Positions 1 to 9,350 are shown, counted from the first letter of the stretch. The stretch: 64,000 bases of DNA from Burkholderiales bacterium (GCA_038236565.1 JBBRZP010000001.1:17759-81758), one strand, 5' to 3'. The notes: a model not told the origin generated them from the sequence alone. Program-made: numbers and translations.

Positions 1-1
1 C

Positions 2-454
2 CTGGCCGCGCCGAACTACGAGTACCGCCAGCGCCCGAACGAGCGCATCTTCGACGTGCCCGTGTCGTCGGTGCGCGCCGTCGCCGGTCCGGCGGAGCAG
101 CGCTGCTGGATGGAGCATCAGGCCGGCGAGCGCCGCGACCTGAACGTCCCCGGCGGGCTCATCGGCGGTGTGCTCGGCGGCATCCTCGGCCACCAGCTCG
201 GCGGTGGCAGCGGCAAGACCGTGACGACGATCGGCGGCGCCGTTGCCGGCGGCGCGCTCGGCGCCAACGTCGACCGCATCCGCGATCCCGCCACCGGACG
301 CGAAGTGCGCCGCTGCGAGAACGTCGCCAGCACCGCGCCGCCGGCCTACTACGACGTCGTCTACAGCTTCCGCGGCATCGAGCACCGCGTCCAGATGGCG
401 ACGCCGCCGGGGCAGACGATCGCGGTCAACGGTCGCGGCGAGCCACGCCAGTAA
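2..454 (+). CDS. Glycine-zipper 2TM domain protein (5'-truncated by window edge)
   Basis: Frame is open from base 2; GGLIGGVLGGILGHQLGGGSGKTVTTIGGAVAGGALGA glycine zipper followed by RCE...YDVVY tail. Confidence 0.8.
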   Translation: MAAPNYEYRQRPNERIFDVPVSSVRAVAGPAEQRCWMEHQAGERRDLNVPGGLIGGVLGGILGHQLGGGSGKTVTTIGGAVAGGALGANVDRIRDPATGREVRRCENVASTAPPAYYDVVYSFRGIEHRVQMATPPGQTIAVNGRGEPRQ

Positions 455-581
455 AGCGGTCTCTCCCCGCGCGGCGGTCGAGCCGCGCGGGCGCTCGACG
501 GCGAGGCGCCATCGGGGACGAGCGTGCAGGCCCGCGGATCGACAGCCGCGACGGCGGTAGAGTGCTCGCACGCCGATTCCC

Positions 582-1541
582 ATGCAGCCCTTCAAGTCCC
601 TCTCGTACGCCAGCGCCGCCCCCGGCACCCGCCTGATCGTGCTCGGTGCCGTGCATGGCGACGAGACCTGCGGTACGCGCGCGATCGATCGCGTCGCGAG
701 CGAGATCGATGCCGGCGCGTTGCGTCTCGCCGCCGGCCAGCTGACGCTGGTGCCGGTCGCCAACCCGCTCGCCTACGGGCAGGGCCGGCGCACCGGCGAC
801 CGCAACCTCAATCGCAAGCTCGCGCCCACCGAGGCGCCGCGCGAGTACGAGGACCACGTCGCCAACTGGCTCTGTCCGTTGCTCGCGGCGCACGAGGTCT
901 TGCTCGACCTGCATTCGTTCAGCTCGCCCGGCGTGCCCTTCGTCTTCATCGGCCCGGGCGACAACGCCGGCACGCTCGAGCCCTTCTTCCAGGCCGCGCG
1001 CGAGGAAGCGCTCGCGCTGCGCCTGGGCGTCGGCCGCGCCGTCGACGGCTGGCTCGCGACCTACGCCGCCGGCGTCGCGCGCCGCCAGGCGCTGGCCGCG
1101 GTGCTGCCCGACACCAAGCTCGACCTCGATCCGCGCTACGGCATCGGCACGACCGAATACATGCGCTCGGTGGGCGGCTGGGCGGTGACGCTCGAGTGCG
1201 GCCGGCACGACGATCCCGACGCGCCCGAGGTCGGCTACCGCGCGATCGTCAACACGCTCGCCCACCTCGGCCTCGTCGATGCGCCCGATCCGGCTCCGGC
1301 CGAGCGCATGGAGATGCTCGGCCTCAGCGAGGTCGTCGACAAGCTGCATCCCGATGACACGTTCACCAGCGCCTGGCGCAGCTTCGATGCGGTGCCGGCG
1401 GGCACGCTGGTCGGCACGCGCCACGACGGCACGGAGGTGCGCGCGCCGTTCGACGCGACGATCGTCTTTCCGAATCCCGCCGCCGACGCCGGCCAGGAGT
1501 GGTTCTATTTGGCGAAGCAGAGCGACCGTCTCACCCGCTGA
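582..1541 (+). CDS. Succinylglutamate desuccinylase/aspartoacylase family (M14-like Zn hydrolase)
   Basis: GAVHGDE, RNLNR, LDLHS and TLECG motifs. Confidence 0.85.
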   Translation: MQPFKSLSYASAAPGTRLIVLGAVHGDETCGTRAIDRVASEIDAGALRLAAGQLTLVPVANPLAYGQGRRTGDRNLNRKLAPTEAPREYEDHVANWLCPLLAAHEVLLDLHSFSSPGVPFVFIGPGDNAGTLEPFFQAAREEALALRLGVGRAVDGWLATYAAGVARRQALAAVLPDTKLDLDPRYGIGTTEYMRSVGGWAVTLECGRHDDPDAPEVGYRAIVNTLAHLGLVDAPDPAPAERMEMLGLSEVVDKLHPDDTFTSAWRSFDAVPAGTLVGTRHDGTEVRAPFDATIVFPNPAADAGQEWFYLAKQSDRLTR

Positions 1542-1621
1542 TTCGAAAGAGCCGCGCAAGCGTGCTTTTTCCCCGCTGCCCGTGCGCTGCGCCCTGCCGT
1601 TTGCTGGCACGCTCGCCGACC

Positions 1622-2938
1622 ATGACCACCACACCCGCAAGTTCAACGTCCACGCTCAGCGAAGAGCAGGCCCGCGCCTACATGCACAAGCTGCTGGCAG
1701 CGATGAGCCAGGCCGGCGGCTCCGACCTCTTCATCGCCGCCGATTTCCCGCCGAGCATGAAGACGCAGGGGGCGATGAAGCCGCTGACGACGCAAAAGCT
1801 CGGCCCCGACATGACCAAGATGCTGGCGCACTCGCTGATGAGCGAGAACCAGCGCGCCGAGTTCGAGAAAGAGATGGAGTGCAACTTCGCCATCTCCGTT
1901 CCGGGCGTCTCGCGCTTTCGCGTCAACGTCTTCGTGCAGCAGCGCTGCGTCGGCATGGTGATCCGCACGATCGCCTCGGAGATCCCGAATTTCGAGAAGC
2001 TCAAGCTGCCCGAGATCCTGAAGGAGGTGATGCTGACCAAGCGCGGCCTCGTGCTCGTGGTCGGCGCCACCGGCTCGGGCAAGTCGACGACGCTCGCGGC
2101 CATGATCGACCACCGCAACCGCACGACCGCGGGCCACATCATCACGGTCGAGGATCCGGTCGAGTACGTGCACATGTCGCAGATGTCGCTGGTGACGCAC
2201 CGCGAGATCGGCATCGACACCAAGAGCTGGCATCACGCGCTCAAGAACACGCTGCGCCAGGCGCCCGACGTGATCCTGATCGGCGAGATCCGCGACGCCG
2301 AGACGATGGAGCACGCGATCGCCTTCGCGGAGACGGGGCACCTGTGCCTCGGCACGCTGCACGCCAACAGCGCGAGCCAGACGATCGAGCGGATCATCAA
2401 CTTCTTTCCCGAAGAGCGCAGGAAGCAGCTGCTGATGGACCTCTCGGCCAACCTGCGCGGCATCGTCTCGCAGAGGCTCGTGCGGCGCGAGGACGGCAAG
2501 GGCCGCTCGGCGGCGATCGAGATCCTGCTCAACACCGGCACGATCGCCGAGAAGATCTTCCAGGGCGACTTCCACGAGATCAAGGGGATCATGGCCAAGT
2601 CGCGCGAGCTCGGCATGTGCACCTTCGACGCGGCGCTCTTCGACCTCTACGACGCCGGCGCGATCAGCTTCGAAGAGGCGCTCCGCAACGCCGACTCGAC
2701 CAACGAGCTGCGCCTGAACATCAAGCTGAAGAGCCGTCGCGGCGAGCCCAAGGCGACCGACTTCGGCGGCCTCTCGCTGAACCCGATGACGCAGCCCGCC
2801 GATCTCGAGGAGCGCGAGCACCAGGAGATGCTGAAAAAGCAGGAGTCGCGGCGCCGCTTCGAGGAGGAGCAGATCAAGGCCTTGCGCGAGAAAAAGCGCC
2901 TGGCCGAGCTGGCCGCGGCCGCCAAGGGCGACGACTGA
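1622..2938 (+). CDS. pilU: Type IV pilus retraction ATPase PilU (PilT/PilU family)
   Basis: GSDLF, Walker A GATGSGKST, TVEDPVE, LRQAPDVILIGEIRD, TLHANSA, ERIINFFPEE (PilU-type). Start moved to ATG 1622. Confidence 0.88.
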   Translation: MTTTPASSTSTLSEEQARAYMHKLLAAMSQAGGSDLFIAADFPPSMKTQGAMKPLTTQKLGPDMTKMLAHSLMSENQRAEFEKEMECNFAISVPGVSRFRVNVFVQQRCVGMVIRTIASEIPNFEKLKLPEILKEVMLTKRGLVLVVGATGSGKSTTLAAMIDHRNRTTAGHIITVEDPVEYVHMSQMSLVTHREIGIDTKSWHHALKNTLRQAPDVILIGEIRDAETMEHAIAFAETGHLCLGTLHANSASQTIERIINFFPEERRKQLLMDLSANLRGIVSQRLVRREDGKGRSAAIEILLNTGTIAEKIFQGDFHEIKGIMAKSRELGMCTFDAALFDLYDAGAISFEEALRNADSTNELRLNIKLKSRRGEPKATDFGGLSLNPMTQPADLEEREHQEMLKKQESRRRFEEEQIKALREKKRLAELAAAAKGDD

Positions 2939-2939
2939 G

Positions 2940-3800
2940 TCAGTCGCCGCCGCGAGGCGGCTCACGCTTCTCGAAGGCGGCGCAGGGATCGCTCCGCGCG
3001 GCCGGTGCGGTGCGCACCACTGCATCGAAGGCCGAGACCGGCGTCGCGGCGTCGCCGTCCTCCAGGAAGGCGACCGAGAACACGCGGCGCGGATCGAGCG
3101 CGAGCCAGCGCGGCACGCCGATGTCGCGGCGCACATGGCCGTTGCCCGCGATCAGGACGGCCCCCTGGTCCGACCTGCCCGAGAGCGCTGCCGCGAGCAC
3201 CGCATCGCGCGCGAATTGCGCCCGCGCCATGCGCGGCCAGATCGTCGCCGGGAGGGCGTGGCAATGGCCGGCGTCGATCTCGCGCTCCTGCGCCGCCTGC
3301 CAGTCGGCAGCGATCGGCCGGTCGAGGCCGAGCACGGCGACCGCTGCGGCGTCGAACACCGCCGCGACACCGCCGCGCACGACCTTCGTCGTCTCGGCGT
3401 TCGACAGGTCGCCGGCCACCAGCGGCAGGCCGTAGCGCAGCGCGAGCTCGACGACCGGGCGGTAGAAGTCCCAGTTCCAGCCACTCCCGCCCGCGAGGTC
3501 GACGACGTGGGAGGCGTCGAGCGGACGCTCGCGGCGCGCGCGGTCGATGTCGGGCTGGCGCTCGCGATCGAACTGTTCCATCACGATCGCCGGCCGCCAG
3601 CCGGCGGCGATCGCACGCTGCAGCACCGCGAGCCGCAGGCGATGCTGTACCGCGTTGTCATGCACCTCGCCGAGCAGGACGACGGCGTCGCCGCGCAGCC
3701 GGCCCTCCCAGGCGGCGCTCGGGGCGACCGTCGCGCAGGCGCAGAGGAAGAAAGCGACGGCCGCGGCGGCCACGGCGAGGGCGAAACGTGTCGAGGTCAT
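2940..3800 (-). CDS. ChaN-family (haem/cofactor-binding) lipoprotein
   Basis: Lipobox LCAC, LLGEVHDN, MEQF, WNWDFY, GHC, ARD, AGNGHVRRDIGVP. Confidence 0.8.
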   Translation of the reverse strand: MTSTRFALAVAAAAVAFFLCACATVAPSAAWEGRLRGDAVVLLGEVHDNAVQHRLRLAVLQRAIAAGWRPAIVMEQFDRERQPDIDRARRERPLDASHVVDLAGGSGWNWDFYRPVVELALRYGLPLVAGDLSNAETTKVVRGGVAAVFDAAAVAVLGLDRPIAADWQAAQEREIDAGHCHALPATIWPRMARAQFARDAVLAAALSGRSDQGAVLIAGNGHVRRDIGVPRWLALDPRRVFSVAFLEDGDAATPVSAFDAVVRTAPAARSDPCAAFEKREPPRGGD

Positions 3801-3888
3801 GCGAGACGCGAGTGTGCGCACAAACGCGCCGACGCGTGCGCGTGCGGGCGGCGGCGCGGTAGCCTTGGCAGACGACGAACGCAAGGGC

Positions 3889-3996
3889 ATGACCGACATG
3901 ATGCGCATTGGCGTCGACGTCGGCGGCACCAAGATCGAGGCGATCGCACTCGACGACGCCGGCCGCGAGCTCGCTCGCCAGCGCGTAACGTCGCCG
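3889..3996 (+). pseudogene. N-terminal remnant of a ROK-family sugar kinase (fructokinase/Mak-like)
   Basis: MRIGVDVGGTKIEAIALDDAGRELARQRVTSP matches the ROK phosphate-1 region; similarity is lost after about 36 codons. Confidence 0.65.
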
Positions 3997-4017
3997 GCGC
4001 GCGGTCGCGGCGCGCGG

Positions 4018-4215
4018 TCAGGCGAAGGTGTCGACCTGCGTGCCGACGTTGCCGGCGGGCGCGACGACCCGTGGCAAGGCCTGGACCAGCTGCACGGCGG
4101 GCGATACCTGCAATTCCATCGCCTTCTTCATCACCAGGATCGCGGCGGTGCCCTGGACCGTGCCGAGGACGGCGTCGCTGGCAGCGGCGACGGTGGAGCT
4201 GGAGACGGCATCCAT
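4018..4215 (-). CDS. YjfB-like putative motility protein (65 aa)
   Basis: VMKKAMELQ...AVQLVQAL...GNVGTQVDTFA pattern typical of YjfB; sigma-28-like promoter upstream. Confidence 0.7.
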   Translation of the reverse strand: MDAVSSSTVAAASDAVLGTVQGTAAILVMKKAMELQVSPAVQLVQALPRVVAPAGNVGTQVDTFA

Positions 4216-4250
4216 GAAGGATCCTTCGACAGAGTGGCGACGATGAGACG

Positions 4251-4277
4251 TGATCGGCGCGTCGGACGAGAACTGAA
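4251..4277 (-). promoter_or_regulatory. Putative sigma-28 (FliA) promoter for the yjfB-like gene
   Basis: Minus strand TTCAG-N14-GCCGATCA; spacing matches the TAAAG/TCAAG-N14-GCCGATAA consensus. Confidence 0.55.
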
Positions 4278-4386
4278 GGGATCTGCGCGCGATTCGGATC
4301 GCGGCCCGACGAACGGCGCCCCCCGCCAGGCCTGCCAAGTTTGCACGTTCTCGCATCGGCAGCACGCGACCGCACCGGATGCGCGC

Positions 4387-4413
4387 TCAAGGCCGCGGCG
4401 CGCGCGCCGAAAC
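4387..4413 (+). promoter_or_regulatory. Putative sigma-28 (FliA) promoter for the hypothetical gene at 4450
   Basis: TCAAG-N14-GCCGAAAC, 36 nt upstream of the ATG. Confidence 0.55.
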
Positions 4414-4449
4414 GGCGATGACGAACTCCCCGCATCGCAGCCGACACCC

Positions 4450-5037
4450 ATGCTCGCCAAATCACCGCAGCGCCCCGATCCCGAGGCGAACCGGAACGCC
4501 CCGCCCGCCAAGCGAGGATCGCTGCGCTGGGTGCGCGAGGTGCTCGGCCGGTCGCTCAGGCTCGAGCAGCCGCGCCAGGCCGCGCAGCCGGCCGGCGATG
4601 CCCAGCCCGACACGCCGCTCTCGCTCGTGATGCAGCAGCGCGCCGAGCTCGGCGCGCGCCTGCTCGTCCACGATCCGGCGACGCAGGTCGTGCGCCATCT
4701 CTTCATCGTCCACGACGAGCTGCGCAACGGCGGCTGGACGGCGGTCGAAGCCTTGCCGCTGGGAGTGATCGGCCGGGCCGTCTCGGAAGCCGAGATCCTC
4801 GCGGTCGACGAGCCCTCGCCATTGCTGGCGACGATCATCGACGCGCTGCGCGCGATCCGGATCGCCGCCGACACACGCGCCAAGCGCGCCGCCCACGACG
4901 CGCTCGAAGCCGAGTGGGAAGTGCCGAAGATGCCCGAAGTCTCGGACACCAACTTCGACGAATACGAGCTGATGGAGCGCAGCTGGGCCGGCACGGTGCC
5001 GTCGGGCCTGCGCGAAGGCGTCCACAACACGCGCTGA
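4450..5037 (+). CDS. Hypothetical protein (195 aa)
   Basis: Protein-like helical C-terminal part of ORF 3547..5037; GC3-rich codons; ATG at 4450. Confidence 0.65.
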   Translation: MLAKSPQRPDPEANRNAPPAKRGSLRWVREVLGRSLRLEQPRQAAQPAGDAQPDTPLSLVMQQRAELGARLLVHDPATQVVRHLFIVHDELRNGGWTAVEALPLGVIGRAVSEAEILAVDEPSPLLATIIDALRAIRIAADTRAKRAAHDALEAEWEVPKMPEVSDTNFDEYELMERSWAGTVPSGLREGVHNTR

Positions 5038-5137
5038 GACGGCGGCGGCTCCAGCCGCATCAGGGTCCGCCACAGCACCGCGGCTCGAGACGAAGCCCTA
5101 GCATCGCCGGCCAACGCCACGCTGCCAGGAGACCTCG

Positions 5138-6106
5138 ATGTTCCGGATGCCCCGACTCCTCGTCCTGCTGCTCCTCTGCCTCGCCGCGGCGAGCGGAGCC
5201 GCGCGAGCCGCGGACTATCCGACCAGACCGGTGAAGTGGGTCGTGCCCTACCCGCCCGCGGGCACGACGGACGTGCTCGCGCGCATCGTGGCGCAGTGGC
5301 TCACCGAGCACATGGGGCAGTCGTTCGTCATCGAGAACAAACCCGGCGCCGGCAACAACCTGGGCGTCGAGTACGTCGTCAACGCGCCACCCGACGGCTA
5401 CACGATGCTGCTCGTCAATCCGGCCAACGGCATCAACGCCACCCTCTACAAGAGCCTCAACTTCAACTTCATCCGCGACATCGCGCCCGTCGCGGGCATC
5501 GTCCGCACGCCCAACGTGATGGAGGTGAGCCCGAAGCTGCCGGTGAAGACGGTGGCCGAGTTCATCGCCTACTGCAAGGCCAACCCGGGCAAGATCAACA
5601 TGGCCTCGTCGGGCAGCGGCACCTCGGTGCACCTGTCCGGCGAGCTCTTCAAGTCGATGACCGGCTGCAACATGCTGCACGTGCCGTACAAGGGCGCCGG
5701 GCCGGCGCTCACCGACCTGATGGGCGGCCAGGTCGACGTCATCTTCGACAACCTGCCGTCGTCAGTCGGCCACATCAAGGGCGGCAGGATCCGCGCCCTC
5801 GGCGTCACCTCGCAGGACCGCGAGCCGTCGATGCCCGACCTGCCGACCGTCGGCGAGACCGTACCCGGCTACGAGGCGACGGCGTGGTTCGGCATCGGCA
5901 TGCCCAAGGGCACGCCGAAGGACATCATCGACAAGGTCAACGCGGAAGTGAACCGGGCGTTGGCCGATCCGAAGATGAAGGAGCGCCTCGCCGAGCTCGG
6001 CGGCAAGCCGATCCCGGGCACGCCGGCAGACTTCGGCAAGACCATCGCGGCCGAGACGGCGAAGTGGGAGAAGGTGGTGAATTCGTCGGGCGCCAAGGTG
6101 GAGTGA
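5138..6106 (+). CDS. Bug/TctC tripartite tricarboxylate transporter substrate-binding protein
   Basis: Signal peptide, YPTRPVKWVVPYPPAGTTD, ENKPGAG, HVPYKGAGPA; RBS AGGAG. Confidence 0.92.
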   Translation: MFRMPRLLVLLLLCLAAASGAARAADYPTRPVKWVVPYPPAGTTDVLARIVAQWLTEHMGQSFVIENKPGAGNNLGVEYVVNAPPDGYTMLLVNPANGINATLYKSLNFNFIRDIAPVAGIVRTPNVMEVSPKLPVKTVAEFIAYCKANPGKINMASSGSGTSVHLSGELFKSMTGCNMLHVPYKGAGPALTDLMGGQVDVIFDNLPSSVGHIKGGRIRALGVTSQDREPSMPDLPTVGETVPGYEATAWFGIGMPKGTPKDIIDKVNAEVNRALADPKMKERLAELGGKPIPGTPADFGKTIAAETAKWEKVVNSSGAKVE

Positions 6107-7218
6107 CGGCCGACGGCACCGCTTCCGGACGGATGCCGATGTCGTCGCTGCTCGCGGAAGCGGCGCGCTTCGCGCAGGCCCACGAGGTGCCCTGGCCGCG
6201 CGATCCGGACGCCGCGCCCGCACCCGGCCAGACGCCCTGGGGCGTTCACCACGATGACCCGCCGCCCTTCAACCGCCTGCGCGGGCCGGTGCATGCGCGC
6301 GGGCCGCAGTCGGGCGTCGTGTGGCAGGGGGGAGAAGAAGTCGCCGCGTGGGGCGAGCCCGAGCGCGCCGACCTGACCTTCAGCGTCGCCAAGTCCTATC
6401 TCGCGCTTCTCGCCGGCGTCGCGCAGGGCCAAGGGCTCCTGGCCGACGAGAACGCGCCGGTCGTCGCGCGACTGCCCGGCATCGGCTTCGACAGCATCCA
6501 CAACCGCGCCGTCACGTGGACGCATCTTCTGACCCAGACCAGCGAATGGGAAGGCACGTGCTTCGGCCTGCCCGACACCGTCGACCGCTGGCGCAAGGTC
6601 GCGCAGGACCCGCGTCCGGCCGGCGGCCCCAAGGGCGGCGCGCGCCCGCTGCAAGCGCCCGGCACGTACTGGGAATACAACGACGTGCGCATCAACCAGC
6701 TCGCGCTGGCGTTGCTGCACCTGTTCCGGCGCCCGCTGCCCGAGGTCTTCCTCGAGCATGTGCTTCGGCCGCTCGGCGGCGGCGACGGCTTCGCCTGGCG
6801 CGGCTACGACGACGCATGGATCGAGCTGCCCGGCGTCGGCCACGTGCAGTCGGTGCCCGGCGGCACGCACTGGGGCGCGGGCGTGTCGATCAGCGCCCGC
6901 GACCAGGCGCGCGTCGGCCGGATGCTGCTCGACGGCGGCGGCGGCGGCGGCGGCCGGCAGATCGTGCCGCGCGAGTGGATCGCGTGCATGTCGACGCCGT
7001 GCGCGATCGCGCCGTTCTACGGCCGGCTCCTCTGGCTCAACCGCAACGGCCGCGCCTTCCCGGGCCTCTCGACGCGGGCCGCGTTCATGGTCGGCGCGGG
7101 CGGCCACTACGTCGGCATCGATCCCGAGCTCGACGCGGTGATCGTGCTGCGCTGGCTCGATCCGGCGCACGCCTCGCCGGTGATCGCGAAGATCGCCGGC
7201 GCGCTGGCCGAGGCGTAA
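6103..7218 (+). CDS. Serine hydrolase, beta-lactamase class C-like family
   Basis: SxxK (SVAKS), HLLTQTS, PGTYWEYND, SARDQARVG; GTG start overlaps the upstream stop (alternative ATG 6133). Confidence 0.82.
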   Translation: MTADGTASGRMPMSSLLAEAARFAQAHEVPWPRDPDAAPAPGQTPWGVHHDDPPPFNRLRGPVHARGPQSGVVWQGGEEVAAWGEPERADLTFSVAKSYLALLAGVAQGQGLLADENAPVVARLPGIGFDSIHNRAVTWTHLLTQTSEWEGTCFGLPDTVDRWRKVAQDPRPAGGPKGGARPLQAPGTYWEYNDVRINQLALALLHLFRRPLPEVFLEHVLRPLGGGDGFAWRGYDDAWIELPGVGHVQSVPGGTHWGAGVSISARDQARVGRMLLDGGGGGGGRQIVPREWIACMSTPCAIAPFYGRLLWLNRNGRAFPGLSTRAAFMVGAGGHYVGIDPELDAVIVLRWLDPAHASPVIAKIAGALAEA

Positions 7219-7251
7219 GCTTTGGCCCCGTCGCCTTCCTGGAGCCCGTCC

Positions 7252-8025
7252 ATGTCCGTCCGTCCGCTGATCTCGCCGCGTATCGCCGAAGCCGACGCCG
7301 TCGCCGAAGCCCGCGTCCACCTCGCCGCGGCGCACCGCATGGCGGTGCTGCACGAGCTCGAGGAGGGCATCGACAACCACTTCACGATGACCGTGCCGGG
7401 GCGCGACGACCAGTACCTGATCCTGCCCTACGGCTGGCACTGGTCGGAGGCGCGCGCGAGCGACATGATCGTCTTCGACGAGGCAGGCCACGTGCTCGAG
7501 GGCCACGGCTCGCTCGAGCTCTCGGCGCAGTGCATTCACGCGCCGATCCACCGCATCACCGGCGCGAAGGTCGTGATGCACACGCACCAGACCTGGGGCA
7601 TCGCCCTCAACATGCTGAAGGACAACCGGCTGCTCCCCGCGAGCCAGACCGCCGCGTTCTTCCACGGCCAGATCGCCTACGACGACGACTACACCGGCCT
7701 GGCTGCGACGCTCGAGGAAGGCGAGCGCCTCGCCGCCGCGATGGGCACGAAGCCGATCGTCTTCATGAAGAACCACGGCGTCCTCGTCACCGGCGACACG
7801 GTCGCGCAGGCGTACCGGCGGCTCTACCGGCTCGAGCGCGTCTGCCGCAACCAGATCCTCGCGCTCTCCACCGGCCGGCCGATCGAGGTGCTGTCGGACG
7901 AGATCGTCGCCCGCGTGCAGACGCCGAGCGCAGACGACCGGCATTCGCGCGCCGAGCGCGAGCGCCTGTACTTCGAGGCCATGATGCGCATCGTCGACCG
8001 CCAGCTGCCGGGCTACCGCGACTAG
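7252..8025 (+). CDS. Class II aldolase/adducin family protein
   Basis: EGIDNHF, HAPIH, MHTH, KNHG metal-binding His motifs; RBS GGAG. Confidence 0.88.
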   Translation: MSVRPLISPRIAEADAVAEARVHLAAAHRMAVLHELEEGIDNHFTMTVPGRDDQYLILPYGWHWSEARASDMIVFDEAGHVLEGHGSLELSAQCIHAPIHRITGAKVVMHTHQTWGIALNMLKDNRLLPASQTAAFFHGQIAYDDDYTGLAATLEEGERLAAAMGTKPIVFMKNHGVLVTGDTVAQAYRRLYRLERVCRNQILALSTGRPIEVLSDEIVARVQTPSADDRHSRAERERLYFEAMMRIVDRQLPGYRD

Positions 8026-8038
8026 GGCACCTCCCGCG

Positions 8039-9157
8039 TTGGACCGCATCGATGCCGTCGTGGTGGGCGCCGGCGCGGTCGGGCTCGCGGTCGCGCGCGA
8101 ACTGGCGCTGCGCGGCAAGGAGACGATCGTGCTCGAGGCCACTTCGGGCATCGGCAACGGCATCAGCTCGCGCAACAGCGAGGTCATCCACGCCGGCATC
8201 CACGACGCGAAGGGCTCGCTGAAGGCGGGCCTGTGCGTCGCCGGGCGGCGCCTGCTCTATCCGTACTGCGACGCGCACGGCGTCGGTCATCGGCGCTGCG
8301 GCAAGCTCGTCGTCGCGGCGACGCCGGCGCAGGTCGAGACGTTGCGCTCGATCGAGCAGCGCGCCCTCGCCAACGGCGTCGAGGGCATGCGCTGGCTGAG
8401 CGGCGCGGAGGCGCGCGATCTGGAGCCGGCCCTGCACGGCGACGCCGCGCTCCTCTCGACGACGACCGGGATCATCGACAGCCATGCGCTGATGCTCGCG
8501 TACCAGGGCGACCTCGAACGCGCGGGCGGCGCGCTCGTGCTGCGCTCGCCGCTCGAGGGCGCGGCCGTCGCTCGCGAGGGGTTCGTGCTGCGGGTCGGCG
8601 GCGACACGCCGTTCGAGATCGAGGCCGGCCTGCTGGTCAACTCGGCCGGCCTGCATGCGCCCGCGCTCGCGCGCCGCATCGAAGGCCTCGACGCGCGCCA
8701 TGTTCCGACGACGTGGTTCGCCAAGGGCAACTACTACGCGCTCGCCGGCCGCTCGCCGTTCACGCGGCTCGTCTATCCGGTTCCGGAGCCCGGCGGCCTC
8801 GGCGTGCATCTCACGCTCGATCTCGCCGGCCAGGCGCGCTTCGGTCCCGATGTGGAGTGGCTCGACGCGACGTCGCCCGAGGCGATCGACTACGCCGTCG
8901 ACCCGGCGCGCAGCGCCCTCTTCTACGCCGCCATCCGCCGCTACTGGCCGGATGTGAAGGACGGCGCGCTCGCGCCGGCGTACAGCGGCGTCCGGCCCAA
9001 GCTTCAGGGCCCCGGCCAACCGACGAGCGACTTCGTGCTGCAAGGACCCGAGGCGCACGGCGTGCCGGGCCTGATGAATCTCTTCGGCATCGAATCGCCG
9101 GGGCTGACGGCGAGCCTCGCCATCGCCGCGGAAGCGGCGCGACGGCTGGGCATGTGA
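8039..9157 (+). CDS. FAD-dependent oxidoreductase, L-2-hydroxyglutarate oxidase (LhgO) family
   Basis: GAGAVG, SSRNSEVIHAG, GLGVHLTLD, FGPD, GIESPGLTAS; TTG start. Confidence 0.85.
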   Translation: MDRIDAVVVGAGAVGLAVARELALRGKETIVLEATSGIGNGISSRNSEVIHAGIHDAKGSLKAGLCVAGRRLLYPYCDAHGVGHRRCGKLVVAATPAQVETLRSIEQRALANGVEGMRWLSGAEARDLEPALHGDAALLSTTTGIIDSHALMLAYQGDLERAGGALVLRSPLEGAAVAREGFVLRVGGDTPFEIEAGLLVNSAGLHAPALARRIEGLDARHVPTTWFAKGNYYALAGRSPFTRLVYPVPEPGGLGVHLTLDLAGQARFGPDVEWLDATSPEAIDYAVDPARSALFYAAIRRYWPDVKDGALAPAYSGVRPKLQGPGQPTSDFVLQGPEAHGVPGLMNLFGIESPGLTASLAIAAEAARRLGM

Positions 9158-9350
9158 GACGCCGCGGAGGCCGCGTCGACCGTCTGTCGCCCAGGCCGCT
9201 CTCCGCCGCGTATCGGGTCGCGACGCGCGTGGCAAACCGCACGGGCCGACCCATCCGTCAACAAGCATGGCGCGAGGACTTGCGCTACCTTCGCCGGCAA
9301 CCGCCGCTCTTCTCCGCTGGCTGCAAGCCTTCGCGCCTCGAGGACCGCTC

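Noticed and set aside
6103-7218. Beta-lactam resistance gene
   Set aside because: SxxK hydrolase lacks a signal peptide and the KTG motif; catabolic context favours an esterase/amidase
9268-9283. Sigma-54-like TGGCGC...TTGC
   Set aside because: Spacing is one base too long for a -24/-12 promoter
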